A stretch of 64,000 nucleotides of DNA, from the NCBI GenBank assembly GCA_044229655.1, contig JBGASM010000002.1, forward strand, positions 160,844-224,843, written 5' to 3'. Below, one piece after another: positions 53,482 through 63,166 of the stretch (within the stretch, counting starts at the first letter, position 1; each line of letters opens with the position of its first letter). The position numbers and the translations under genes are program-made. The notes under the pieces are model-generated. The model saw only the letters and a program-made list of their open reading frames with translations. It made no database searches and was not told where the DNA came from. Source of the stretch: Phycisphaerales bacterium. Its GTDB lineage: Bacteria; Planctomycetota; Phycisphaerae; Phycisphaerales; UBA5793.

Positions 53482-54135
53482 TCACTTCTTGCGCGTGTAG
53501 GTGATCATCATCGTCTTCGTCAGTTCCGGCGTCATGATGTTGTCCTGCCACTCAAACGTGTAGGTGTCAGCGTTCACATGCGTCCAGATTTGCTTCACCT
53601 GGCACATCTTGTCGTTCAGCGGGCACATGAACTCCCCGGTCAGCGTCATCGTGTGAGTCTTCTCATCGCACGTGCCGGTCACATAGGACATTTGCGTGCT
53701 CATGGAGTCGATCCATGTTGCAAAGTGCTTCTTCGCCGCATTGTCATATCCGAACAGCCCCTCGCCATGCATCGTTTCTCCAGGCATCATGCCGTCGCCG
53801 GTGAATGACTGATGCATGTAGCGGCCCTCGAACACCGGCTTGATCTCCGCCACGCCCTTGCTGATCTGCGGTTCGCTCGCCGGGTCCATCCACCACTTGA
53901 TCTCGCAGTTCCACGTCCCCTCCAGCGCGGCCAGTTCCTTGTGATGCGCGCCGGGCGTCCCCGCCTCGATCATCTTCGCCATCATCGGGTCCATCTCCGC
54001 CGGCTGCGTCACCGCGGGCTTGGCGTCCTTTTCCTTCGGCGGCTCCTCGCTCAGCGCGGAAAACGTCGCGAAACCGACCAAAGATGCGCCAATCAGGCCC
54101 GTGCAGGCCCAAGATCCACAACGGCAAAAACTCAT
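53482..54135 (-). CDS. DUF1579 domain-containing secreted protein
   Basis: HKELAALEGTWNCEIKWWMDP...KPVFEGRYMHQSFTGDGMMPG..MHGEGLFGYDNAAKKHFATWIDSMST.M...G.CD fits the DUF1579 pattern. A signal peptide follows the ATG at 54135. Confidence 0.75.
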   Translation of the reverse strand: MSFCRCGSWACTGLIGASLVGFATFSALSEEPPKEKDAKPAVTQPAEMDPMMAKMIEAGTPGAHHKELAALEGTWNCEIKWWMDPASEPQISKGVAEIKPVFEGRYMHQSFTGDGMMPGETMHGEGLFGYDNAAKKHFATWIDSMSTQMSYVTGTCDEKTHTMTLTGEFMCPLNDKMCQVKQIWTHVNADTYTFEWQDNIMTPELTKTMMITYTRKK

Positions 54136-54313
54136 GTGATTCCCTTTCAATTCGTGCGTTATCGAGACATTGCACCGCGCGCGAGGACGTGACGTTGCGG
54201 GGGCCTCGGCAGGTGGCTGGAGTAGTGTATCCTCACAGCCTGAGCGGAAACCACCGGAAACCGTACAAAAACCGAAAAAAGTTCCAAAAACCCTGAAAAC
54301 AGGCCTGTTGCGC

Positions 54314-55834
54314 ATGTTGACCGATCCCCAGAAAATCCTCGATTTGTGCGGTTTTTCCCCGGAAATCGGCGTTTTCCCCCCGCCGGCGCACCCCGACCCG
54401 ACCGTGGTCGTTTCTGAGAATCCCGCGACGGGCCGCCCCCTCGCCGCCGTCCGCCTGCAATCCCGCGCCGACTACGAGCGCGCGGTCGCGGAAGCGCAGG
54501 CTGGATTCGAGCGGTGGCGGATGACGCCCGCGCCGGCCCGGGGCGAGGTGATCCGCCAGATCGGGGAGGAGCTCCGCGCCCGCAAGGAGTCGTTGGGCGC
54601 GCTGGTCAGCCTTGAGGTCGGGAAGATCCGGTCCGAGGGCCTGGGAGAGATCCAGGAGTGCATTGACATCGCCGATTTTTCCGTCGGACTTTCCCGGCAG
54701 TTGTACGGCCTGTCGATGCACTCGGAACGAAACCGCCACAGGATGTATGAGCAGTGGCACCCGCTGGGTGTTGTCGGCATCATCACTGCGTTCAACTTTC
54801 CCGCCGCGGTGTGGGCCTGGAACGCGTTTGTGGCAGCCGTCTGCGGGGACACGATGGTGTGGAAACCCTCGCTCATCGCGCCGCTCACGGCCCTGGCGCT
54901 CAACCGCATCGCTGCGGATGTCGCCCGTCGCAATGGGTTTGAAGGCATCTTCAACCTCATCATCGGAACGGATGCGGAGGTCGGCCACGCGCTGGTGGGC
55001 GACCGGCGCGTGCCGCTGATCTCAGCGACCGGGTCGTGCCGAATGGGCAAAGCAGTGGGGGCGGCGGTGGCGCAGCGACTTGGCCGAAGCCTGCTCGAAC
55101 TGGGCGGCAACAACGCCATCATTGTCATGCCCGACGCCGACCTGGACTTGGCGGCCCGGGCCATCGCCTTCGGGGCGGTCGGGACGGCAGGGCAGCGATG
55201 CACCACTACGCGCCGCCTGCTGGTCCATTGCTCGGTCGCCGAGCAGGTGCGCGGGCGGCTGCTCAAGGCGTACGCGAGTCTGTCGGAGCGCATCGGCGAT
55301 CCGCTCGCGGAGGGCACGCTTGTCGGGCCGCTTGTGCATGCGGGAGCCGTTCAGCAGATGATGGCAGCGCTGGACGCAGCGCGAGCCCAGGGGGGAACGG
55401 TCCTGCTGGGCGGGACCAAGGTGAACCGGCCGGGGCACTTTGTCACTCCCGCGCTGGTCGAGGCAAAGGCGAACATGCCCATCGTCGCGGAGGAGACCTT
55501 TGCGCCCATTCTTTACCTCATCGAAGTGAACTCGCTCGACGAGGCCGTTGCAATGAACAACGGCGTCGCGCAGGGGCTCTCATCGGCGATCTTCACGGAC
55601 AGCGTCCGCAGCGCGGAGACCTTCCTGAGCCATGCGGGCAGCGACTGCGGCATCGCCAACGTGAACATCGGCACGAGCGGGGCAGAGATCGGCGGGGCCT
55701 TCGGCGGAGAGAAGGAAACCGGAGGCGGACGCGAAAGCGGGTCGGACGCGTGGAAGAACTACATGCGGCGTCAGACCTGCACCATCAACTGGGGCGGGCA
55801 GCTCATGCTCGCGCAGGGGGTCAGATTCGACTGA
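54314..55834 (+). CDS. aldehyde dehydrogenase, ALDH7/antiquitin-like (alpha-aminoadipic semialdehyde / piperideine-6-carboxylate dehydrogenase-like)
   Basis: RGEVIRQIGEELR..KE.LG.LVSLEVGKIRSEGLGEIQECIDIADFSVGLSRQLYG, ELGGNNAIIV (catalytic Glu) and GTAGQRCTTTRRL (catalytic Cys). Start moved to the ATG at 54314. Confidence 0.85.
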   Translation: MLTDPQKILDLCGFSPEIGVFPPPAHPDPTVVVSENPATGRPLAAVRLQSRADYERAVAEAQAGFERWRMTPAPARGEVIRQIGEELRARKESLGALVSLEVGKIRSEGLGEIQECIDIADFSVGLSRQLYGLSMHSERNRHRMYEQWHPLGVVGIITAFNFPAAVWAWNAFVAAVCGDTMVWKPSLIAPLTALALNRIAADVARRNGFEGIFNLIIGTDAEVGHALVGDRRVPLISATGSCRMGKAVGAAVAQRLGRSLLELGGNNAIIVMPDADLDLAARAIAFGAVGTAGQRCTTTRRLLVHCSVAEQVRGRLLKAYASLSERIGDPLAEGTLVGPLVHAGAVQQMMAALDAARAQGGTVLLGGTKVNRPGHFVTPALVEAKANMPIVAEETFAPILYLIEVNSLDEAVAMNNGVAQGLSSAIFTDSVRSAETFLSHAGSDCGIANVNIGTSGAEIGGAFGGEKETGGGRESGSDAWKNYMRRQTCTINWGGQLMLAQGVRFD

Positions 55835-55846
55835 AGTCAGTTCCGC

Positions 55847-58216
55847 TCACCGCTGACTTCCGGCCCGCGCCTGCGGATAGATGAGGATCCGGTCGTGGAC
55901 CTGCACCAGGAGGTCGACCGCGCCGTCGCCGGTCACATCCGCGATGAGGCAGTCGTGCGGCTCAAACTCGCGCTGGTCTCCGCCCTCGAAGAGCCTGGTC
56001 TGGAAGACCCGGAACTCGTTGGCCGGAAGCATGCGGCGCGCCTTGCTGACGGTGAAAACCTCCAGGGCCTGCTCTCCCGCGTCCAGCACGACGAGGTCTG
56101 CGTATCCATCCCCATTCACGTCGCCGGTGGAAATCTCATGCTCCAGGCGGTCCTCCTTGTCAGCCCGATATGAGGCGACTTCCGACAGGACCAGACGCTG
56201 GCCGCCGAGTTGCACGACGGCAAACCCGTCGGCGCCGCTGCAGAGGATGCTCTCGGTTCCATCGCCGGTGAACGCGCCGGCCGTGAGCGCGACGGGCGCG
56301 AAGCCGCGGAGGCGCAGCGAACCCACTTCGCTCCAGCGCGTCGCCGTGCCGGGGGCAGCCTGATCGCGTTTGCCTTCGAGGAGCGCGAGACGCTTGCCGG
56401 CGGAGTCATAGACGACCAGGCCGCCGGTGGAAATCGACGTGAGCGCGGAGAGTTTGCTGCGCGCATCGGCGAGGTTGAACTGATCGACGACCTGCCAGCC
56501 GGGGCTAGTGGCGCGGGCGGGTTCGAACCGCAGCGCGCGGACATAGTTGCGGTCGGCGAGCATGAGTTCGGGCGTGCCATCGCCGGTCACATCCATGAGC
56601 GCTGCATTGGCGCCGTTGGCGGCGGCGACAAGTCCGTACTGGCCCATGTCGTCCTTGGTCTTCTTGGCAAACGCGCCGCCTTCCTGCTGCTGGAGCAGGA
56701 TCATCGGCTCATCCTTGGTGAGCAGGAGGATGTCCATGCGGCCGTCCTGATCGGCGTCCCAGGGGAGAATGGTCTCAGGGGAGCGCGCCAGCGCGCCAAG
56801 GGGGATGTCCTTGACGACCGCGCCGTCCATGCTGATGAGGCGCAGGGTGTGCTCGCGCTTGTCCTTGGTGATGACCGCCAGTGCGGGACTATCGAGCGGG
56901 ACGAGCGCGAGCGTGACGACATCATTGGGCGCGGGCAGCGATGATGGGAAGGGAAGTTCCATGCCTGCAAAGTCGCTGCGGCCGACCACCTTTTCCTCCT
57001 GAGAAAGGACAAAGACCTCCGCGGGGGCATCGGCATCGACACTGGCGACCGCCAAGGCTGAGGGCGAGGCGAGCGTCGGGAATGACACCGGTTCGGCGAG
57101 TCCGCGTCCCTGTTCCTGCCGATACCAGAGCAAGGTGTTGGAGTCGGGATTGGTGACGAGCACATCCAGAAGTCCATCGCCGTCACCATCTGCGACGGCC
57201 AGACTGGGCTTGGCGTTCCCAAGGTTGGGATACGCGTGCACAGCCAGGGGCGCATCGACTTCCTGGTCCAGGGCGCGCAGCACGCCAGCGGTGCGGATGT
57301 CGACGGATTGGCTGGTCAAATCGTGGAGCACGATGCGCTTGGAAGCCTGTTCGATGGTGACAAAGCAGGCGGCAGGGCGATTGGGAAGGCGGACGGGCTC
57401 AAGTTCGCGGAGCGCGGGCAGTTCGAAGCGGATCTCGGGGCCCAGTTCCGTCGTCGAAGCGGACACGGAGGAGGGCAGTTGACGCCAGAGGCGCACAGGA
57501 CTCGGATCGTTGGGGGCAACAGCCATCAGGTCGCCGAACCCATCGCCATCGAAATCCTCGACGAAACACGCGACGACGCCATCGGAAACCGGAACGGCGG
57601 CCGGTTGGCCCACGGCGTTCTTTTCGATGGGGTAGAGACGAATCTCCTTGTCGGCCAGCGCGACAAGTTCGGGGGACGCATCGCCTGACAGATTGGCAAG
57701 GAGGAATCCGCTCCGGCCGGCCCGCAGCCCGGTGGCTCCGCGGCGCGCGGCGACTTCATAGGTTCCGGGCCGCTTCTGGGCCATCAGAATGACTTCGTCG
57801 GGCGAACCGCCGAGGATGAGGTCGGGAAGGCCGTCGGCGTTGAAGTCGTGGACGGCAAGACCCGTCACGCGGGTCGAGAGGGGAACCGTGGCGCGCTCGA
57901 AGCGCCACAGGAGGGGGAGCTCGTTGACATCGCGCCGCGAGTCGTTCTCGTCCTCGGTCGGTTTGGTCGCCCGCTGGAGGTAGATTTCGAGACGGCTCTT
58001 GCGGTTGTTGGCCACGACGATGTCGTTGCGGCCGTCGCCGTTCATGTCGGCGGCGCAGACCGGGCCGAATCCATCATCGATGGCCATCACTTCCATCGGG
58101 TCCCAGCCGAAGTAGGGCGCGAGATCGGTATCTGTGGGGCTCTGGGCCAGCGTGAGTCCGGGGCACAGCACCAGGGCTGGAGTGCATATGAGGCGGGCGC
58201 GACGATTGTTGGGCAT
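55847..58216 (-). CDS. FG-GAP/VCBS repeat protein (integrin-alpha-like beta-propeller), secreted
   Basis: Multiple D.[ND].DG..D[LIV] calcium-binding-loop repeats, including DMNGDGRNDIVVAN, DFNADGLPDLIL, DFDGDGFGDLM, DGDGDGLLDVLV, DADQDGRMDILL, DVTGDGTPELM, DVNGDGYADLVV and DVTGDGAVDLLV. Start taken at the ATG at 58216, before the signal-like segment. Confidence 0.8.
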   Translation of the reverse strand: MPNNRRARLICTPALVLCPGLTLAQSPTDTDLAPYFGWDPMEVMAIDDGFGPVCAADMNGDGRNDIVVANNRKSRLEIYLQRATKPTEDENDSRRDVNELPLLWRFERATVPLSTRVTGLAVHDFNADGLPDLILGGSPDEVILMAQKRPGTYEVAARRGATGLRAGRSGFLLANLSGDASPELVALADKEIRLYPIEKNAVGQPAAVPVSDGVVACFVEDFDGDGFGDLMAVAPNDPSPVRLWRQLPSSVSASTTELGPEIRFELPALRELEPVRLPNRPAACFVTIEQASKRIVLHDLTSQSVDIRTAGVLRALDQEVDAPLAVHAYPNLGNAKPSLAVADGDGDGLLDVLVTNPDSNTLLWYRQEQGRGLAEPVSFPTLASPSALAVASVDADAPAEVFVLSQEEKVVGRSDFAGMELPFPSSLPAPNDVVTLALVPLDSPALAVITKDKREHTLRLISMDGAVVKDIPLGALARSPETILPWDADQDGRMDILLLTKDEPMILLQQQEGGAFAKKTKDDMGQYGLVAAANGANAALMDVTGDGTPELMLADRNYVRALRFEPARATSPGWQVVDQFNLADARSKLSALTSISTGGLVVYDSAGKRLALLEGKRDQAAPGTATRWSEVGSLRLRGFAPVALTAGAFTGDGTESILCSGADGFAVVQLGGQRLVLSEVASYRADKEDRLEHEISTGDVNGDGYADLVVLDAGEQALEVFTVSKARRMLPANEFRVFQTRLFEGGDQREFEPHDCLIADVTGDGAVDLLVQVHDRILIYPQARAGSQR

Positions 58217-58347
58217 GGGTGATCCTTCCGAGGACGCAGCGGCGCGCCGGAGCCGCGCCAACGAACGTACAATTGCGACCCGCAGCCAGAACGCGGCGGG
58301 GCGAGAAGGTTATTCCCTTGCCCATGTTTGTGGAGGATTGTGCAGCA

Positions 58348-59343
58348 ATGAACGCGCACTCGATTCGGCGGTTGGCGGGAGCGGCGACGATTGCCACAGC
58401 GATGCTGTGCGGGGCATCCCGCGCGGATGTGGTGGTCCTGAGCGACGGCCAGCGTGTGCAGGGAGCGATCCTGAAGTCGACCACGCAGGCGGTGTGGGTG
58501 GATCTCGGGTACACGGTGCTGGAAATCCCGCGTGACCGGATCGCATCGATCGAGGAGACGGCGGGCACATCTTCGGCGACGGCGGCGACGCCGGTGGACA
58601 TCTTCTTTTCGGCAACCAACCTGCCGGAGCGTTCCCCGCAAGAGCACGCCAAGCGGATCGGCGACGCGATTATCAAGGTTGCGACGCCCGCAGGGCTGGG
58701 CAGCGGGTTCATCATCAATCCGGATGGATACGCGGTGACCAACGCCCACGTGATCCAGGGCGAGACCAAAATCCGCTGCACTGTGTGGTTTCCGCAGAAG
58801 GATGGGACGCAGAAACGAGTGATCATCGAGGACGTTGAGATCATCGCGGTGAACAACCACGTTGACCTGGCGCTGATCAAAATGAAGTTTCCGGATACGG
58901 AGCGGACGGGCGATGAGCCGGGCAAGTTTCCCTACGCGTTTGTGCAGTCCGATGACGAGCTGAAGATCGGCGAGTCTGTGTTCGCGATCGGGAATCCGCT
59001 TGGCCTGGAGCGAACGCTGAGCCAGGGTGTGATCGCGACCCCCTCACGCGACTTTGACGGCATCGCGTACATTCAGACCACGGCGGCGATCAACCCGGGC
59101 AACTCGGGCGGCCCGCTGTTCAACAGCAGGGGTGAAGTCATCGGTGTGACGAACATGGGGATCCTGGGCGGAGAGGGGCTGGGATTTGCGATTCCGGCGC
59201 GGTATGTACGTGACTTTCTTGTCAATCGCGAGGCGTTCGTGTACGACAAGGAGAACCCGAACTCAGGTCACGTGTACAACGAAGCGCCGCCGCGGCGCAC
59301 GGAAGGCGCCCCGCCGCAACTGGACGACGAGACGGGCGGCTGA
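58348..59343 (+). CDS. trypsin-like serine protease (S1C/HtrA-like catalytic domain, no PDZ domain)
   Basis: GSGFIINPDGYAVTNAHVI (His), VDLALIK (Asp) and NPGNSGGPLFNSRGEVIGV (Ser). A signal peptide follows the ATG at 58348. A roughly 55-aa N-terminal beta-rich segment precedes the protease domain. Confidence 0.85.
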   Translation: MNAHSIRRLAGAATIATAMLCGASRADVVVLSDGQRVQGAILKSTTQAVWVDLGYTVLEIPRDRIASIEETAGTSSATAATPVDIFFSATNLPERSPQEHAKRIGDAIIKVATPAGLGSGFIINPDGYAVTNAHVIQGETKIRCTVWFPQKDGTQKRVIIEDVEIIAVNNHVDLALIKMKFPDTERTGDEPGKFPYAFVQSDDELKIGESVFAIGNPLGLERTLSQGVIATPSRDFDGIAYIQTTAAINPGNSGGPLFNSRGEVIGVTNMGILGGEGLGFAIPARYVRDFLVNREAFVYDKENPNSGHVYNEAPPRRTEGAPPQLDDETGG

Positions 59344-59404
59344 AGAGCGGCTGCTGCGAATCGATGGACGGCACGAGAAACACACATTCAAACAAAGGGC
59401 ATTC

Positions 59405-61306
59405 ATGCAACGGCAGTCACTTATCGTGGGTTGTGGGATCGCAATCGCATTGAGCGGGACGCTGCGAGTGCAGGCGGACGACCCATCCGCGACGTACAGC
59501 ATCACCGATCTGGCGCCCAAATCCGCATACTTTCTTGTGGGCGCGGACCATTGCGACGAGGCGGTGGCTGCATGGCAACGGACGGGGTACTACGAGTTGT
59601 GGAAGACGCCGGAGATGCAGGCGTTCATCGCGGGGCCGAAAGAGGAGTTATGGAAGTCACTGTCGGAAATGGTCGGCATGACGCCGGAGGAACTGGCCAA
59701 TGAGGACGCGCTGATTCCCAGCGGGTCGGTGGGGCTGGCGCTCTATCCGACGCCTGCGGGCGGCAGCGAGGACAGCGTGCCGCAGGCAGGGAGCGATCAG
59801 CCGCATTTTTTCTTTGTGGCGGAGTTTGACGCCGGCCAGACCGAGGCGCTGCAGACGCGGCTGGACGCCATGCTGCAGAAGGTGCGGGATGCGGGGAAGT
59901 TTGAGATGAGCGAGAGCGAGGTGGAGGGGCGCGTGGTGCACACGCTGGCAGAAAAGGCGGATGACCCGGCGGACATTGAGGCGCGCAAGCAGATGATGGT
60001 TGATTCGTACAAGGAGGCGTACCCGGATGAGGAAGTGCCCGACTGGGTGACGGACATGGATTTTTCCTCGGGCCCAAAGTACCACGCATCCTTCACGCTC
60101 TCGGGCTCGCGATTCCTGTATGCGACGGATCGGGCGGTGCTGGAGGATTCGTTCCTCACGCTGGACGGGCTGGCGCGGGAGTCGGTGGCGGCCAATGAAG
60201 CGCTCGAGCCGGCGCTGGCGCTGGCCGGCGGGCGGGGTGATGTGTACATGGCGGCGCTGATTGAGCCGATGCTGCAGATGATGAGTGAAGAGGAGGAGGG
60301 GGGCATTGAGGCCATATTCCCGGGCGCGACGGGCATTCTGGAGGTGCTGGGGCTCACGGATGTGAAGGCGCTGGCCGCGAGTATTGATGTCGCACCCGCG
60401 GATGCAGCCGTCATCATGCACGGGGCGGTGTTTGTGCCGTCGGGGCCGCGCGGCTTGTTCAACCTCATGGTGAACCGGGACGAACCGGTGTCGATGCCAG
60501 AGTGGGTCGATCCGAACGTGATCACCTGCGGGCGCTTCAACATCGACTTCAACGCGATTGTTCCGCTGATTCGCGCCTCGATTGATGCGTTGCCGGAAGA
60601 GGAGCGCGGCATGGCGTCCCAGCAGTTCGAGACGTCGGCGGCGCCGGTGGTGACCGCGATTTTCGAGCAGCTCGGTCCGGAGGTGCGGGTTGTGTCCTGG
60701 CCGCGTCAGGCCGATCCGGCCGACTCCTTTGCGTTTCAGAACGAGATGCCAATTGCGATCTCCATCGCCTGCAAGGATGATCAGATCGTGCAGAACGCAT
60801 TGGCGCCGTTCATCGGCATGGCCGGGATCGCGCCGCGCGATTTTCTCGGGTACCGCATTTATGACTTTCCAGGCGAGGTCATCGCCCTTTCGCTTGGTTT
60901 CGGAAAGGGGCAGATGGTTCTGGGCAATTCGACGCGCATCGAAGGGATCTTCCGCGCCCAGGCCGACTCGCCGCGTTTGAGCGAGGATGCGGGGTTCAAG
61001 CGGGCGGCGGCGTCGATTCCGACGACTAACTTCGGGTTCGGCTATCAGAACTTCAAGGAGTACTGGCGGCAGTGGCGTCAGACGTCGCGGATCCAGATTG
61101 AGATGGCCCGGCAGCAAATGGAGGGGATGGAGGACGAGGAGGTCGAGGGGACACCCTTCATCGGTTTCTTCAATTCCATAGATGCCGACAAGATCCCGGA
61201 CGAGGCGTTCATGGCACAGTACGTGGGCGATTCGACGTATGACCTGGTCCGCACGGACACCGGCCTCGTCTTTCACTCGCGTTCGCTGCTTCCCGCGAAG
61301 GAGTGA
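59405..61306 (+). CDS. hypothetical large secreted protein (633 aa)
   Basis: The ATG at 59405 is followed by the signal peptide MQRQSLIVGCGIAIALSGTLRVQA. The protein is acidic and has real-looking composition. I do not confidently recognise a family. Confidence 0.6.
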   Translation: MQRQSLIVGCGIAIALSGTLRVQADDPSATYSITDLAPKSAYFLVGADHCDEAVAAWQRTGYYELWKTPEMQAFIAGPKEELWKSLSEMVGMTPEELANEDALIPSGSVGLALYPTPAGGSEDSVPQAGSDQPHFFFVAEFDAGQTEALQTRLDAMLQKVRDAGKFEMSESEVEGRVVHTLAEKADDPADIEARKQMMVDSYKEAYPDEEVPDWVTDMDFSSGPKYHASFTLSGSRFLYATDRAVLEDSFLTLDGLARESVAANEALEPALALAGGRGDVYMAALIEPMLQMMSEEEEGGIEAIFPGATGILEVLGLTDVKALAASIDVAPADAAVIMHGAVFVPSGPRGLFNLMVNRDEPVSMPEWVDPNVITCGRFNIDFNAIVPLIRASIDALPEEERGMASQQFETSAAPVVTAIFEQLGPEVRVVSWPRQADPADSFAFQNEMPIAISIACKDDQIVQNALAPFIGMAGIAPRDFLGYRIYDFPGEVIALSLGFGKGQMVLGNSTRIEGIFRAQADSPRLSEDAGFKRAAASIPTTNFGFGYQNFKEYWRQWRQTSRIQIEMARQQMEGMEDEEVEGTPFIGFFNSIDADKIPDEAFMAQYVGDSTYDLVRTDTGLVFHSRSLLPAKE

Positions 61307-61327
61307 GGCAGGCATCAAGTCAGTCGA

Positions 61328-61906
61328 GTGATGGGAGTTTCCGCACGCATGGCACGCACGCCCTCCACAATGGTTCCCCTTGGCACGCCCGCGCCATCCT
61401 TCGCGTTGCCCGACGCCCTTTCGAGTCAGCGTATCTCAAACGAGATGTTCGCGGGCAAAGGCGCGCTGCTTGTGATGTTCATCTGCAACCACTGCCCATT
61501 CGTGAAGCATGTGCGGGCGGAACTGGCCCGGCTGGGGAAGGAATACCAAAGCAGGGGCGTCGCGGTTGTGGCGATCAACAGCAATGATGCCCGGGCCTAC
61601 CCGGATGATTCGCCCGAAAAAATGCGCACAGAGGCGGCGGAGGCGGGGTACACATTCCCCTACCTCGTCGATGAATCACAGGCGGTGGCGCGGACCTTTG
61701 CCGCCGCGTGCACACCTGATTTCTTCGTCTATGACGCGGCCCGGAAACTGGTCTATCGCGGTCAGTTGGACGACAGCCGCCCCGGGAACGGCATTCCGGT
61801 GAGCGGCGCCGATCTGCGCGCCGCACTCGACGCGGTGTTGTCGGGACGCCCAGTCGGCGCCGAGCAGAAGCCCAGCATCGGGTGCAACATCAAGTGGAAA
61901 ACCTGA
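61328..61906 (+). CDS. thioredoxin-fold protein (AhpC/TSA-Redoxin-like, CxxC)
   Basis: PAPSFALPD..., GKGALLVMFICNHCPFVKH (C-N-H-C redox motif), VVAINSND and YPDDSPE...FPYL.DESQ.VA..F...CTPDFFV.D. Confidence 0.8.
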   Translation: MMGVSARMARTPSTMVPLGTPAPSFALPDALSSQRISNEMFAGKGALLVMFICNHCPFVKHVRAELARLGKEYQSRGVAVVAINSNDARAYPDDSPEKMRTEAAEAGYTFPYLVDESQAVARTFAAACTPDFFVYDAARKLVYRGQLDDSRPGNGIPVSGADLRAALDAVLSGRPVGAEQKPSIGCNIKWKT

Positions 61907-62054
61907 GACTTTCGGGTGAAGAAAACCGAATTTGAACCGTCTGAGAACTCAGGGTGCAGGTCGGAGCGATCATGCGCCGGGGTGCCTGTGCACTCCTAAA
62001 GTAGGCTGATACGAATACCGTCGCTGTAACGGAATTGTCCCAAGGAATCCATCG

Positions 62055-63143
62055 ATGATGATCCGGCTCTCGCGCGTTCTTGCCCTTCCGCTGTTGGCGG
62101 CATGCATGGTCCTTCTTCAGGCCCCAGCCCGGGCCCAGGACCTTCCTTCCGAGATCACCGCCGCCTCGGTTGATCTCAGCGACGGCCAGAAGGCGCAGAT
62201 GGAGCAGTACATCGCGCGCTATGCGGAAGCGATTTCTGGTACGGGCGGAACCACAGCGTCGATCCGGGACGGATTCGCCGGGTTATCTCGGCCCGTCTCT
62301 TCGCCGGCATCGAGCCAGTATTTCCGCAAGGCGTTCGGGCAGTCACTTGCTCAGCGCCTGGAGACCCTCGTCAAGAACGCGCAGGCTCCGATCGCGGCGC
62401 GCGTGAATGCTGCGATGCTCGCGGGGGCCATTGCCTCTGATTCGTCGGTTCCCGTCATCACCGCAGCGCTGGCGTCGGACGCGGCCGCGGTCCGTTATGC
62501 CGGCGCTGATGCGGTGCGCAAGGCATTTGAAATGCAGGCGCTGGGCGGCAAGCACGCTGACCTCGGGCCCGCCTTCCTCGGCGTGGTCGAGAATGTCGAA
62601 AACCGGATGGGGACTGAGAAGGATGATGCTGTGCTGGGGGCGATGCTCTCGGCCTGCGGCGCGAATCCGAATGCCGGACTTGCGATCCAGTCGGTTATGC
62701 GCGGTATCCAATCCCACGTGCGCACCACCTATCCGAAGGGCCCGACCACCGGGGCCGCCCGCTTGCAGGCCTCCCTGCAGACTTCGGTCTCACGTTACAT
62801 TCAGGAAGTGGCAGGCAACGGAAGCGACAAGGTCGAGACGCAGAAAGCGGTCGTGCAGACCGCGGTCATGGTCATTCGTTCCGCTGTGAAGTTCGGCAAG
62901 GAGGGAACGCTCAAGGGATCGCTCCTCTCGGACTATCAGGGGCTGGTCGCCACGGCCGAGAACGCCCTGTGCGTTGTGACGGAAGGGTCGCAGACTGTGG
63001 TGGGCGACAATTTCAGCGCGGGCAAGTTTGCGGATGCCGAAAGCGCCCTGCGGTCGCTCTGGCTGAGCGCTTCGGGCCTGATCTGCAGCCATCCCGCGTG
63101 GGGTTTCACGCCGACTTCGTTTGACAAACTGCTCGGCGAGTGA
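62055..63143 (+). CDS. hypothetical secreted, probably all-helical protein
   Basis: Signal peptide RVLALPLLAACMVLLQAPARAQ. The protein is Ala/Leu-rich and its composition suggests helical repeats. I recognise no family. Confidence 0.55.
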   Translation: MMIRLSRVLALPLLAACMVLLQAPARAQDLPSEITAASVDLSDGQKAQMEQYIARYAEAISGTGGTTASIRDGFAGLSRPVSSPASSQYFRKAFGQSLAQRLETLVKNAQAPIAARVNAAMLAGAIASDSSVPVITAALASDAAAVRYAGADAVRKAFEMQALGGKHADLGPAFLGVVENVENRMGTEKDDAVLGAMLSACGANPNAGLAIQSVMRGIQSHVRTTYPKGPTTGAARLQASLQTSVSRYIQEVAGNGSDKVETQKAVVQTAVMVIRSAVKFGKEGTLKGSLLSDYQGLVATAENALCVVTEGSQTVVGDNFSAGKFADAESALRSLWLSASGLICSHPAWGFTPTSFDKLLGE

Positions 63144-63166
63144 GCGAGGCCTTGTCAAGGGTCGTG

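Noticed and set aside
58074-58925. Two overlapping minus-strand ORFs (283 and 257 aa) across the FG-GAP start, the divergent spacer and the protease gene
   Set aside because: They span a divergent promoter region and are antisense to a protease with an intact catalytic triad. They are shadow ORFs.
59657-61318. 553-aa ORF on the minus strand covering almost the entire 59405-61306 gene
   Set aside because: This is an antisense shadow ORF typical of high-GC DNA. Its translation is Arg/His/Pro/Leu-rich low-complexity sequence (RRRRRLELLGRHAALLFRQRINRGANQRNNRVEVD...) with no recognisable domain. The plus-strand product has a signal peptide and balanced composition.
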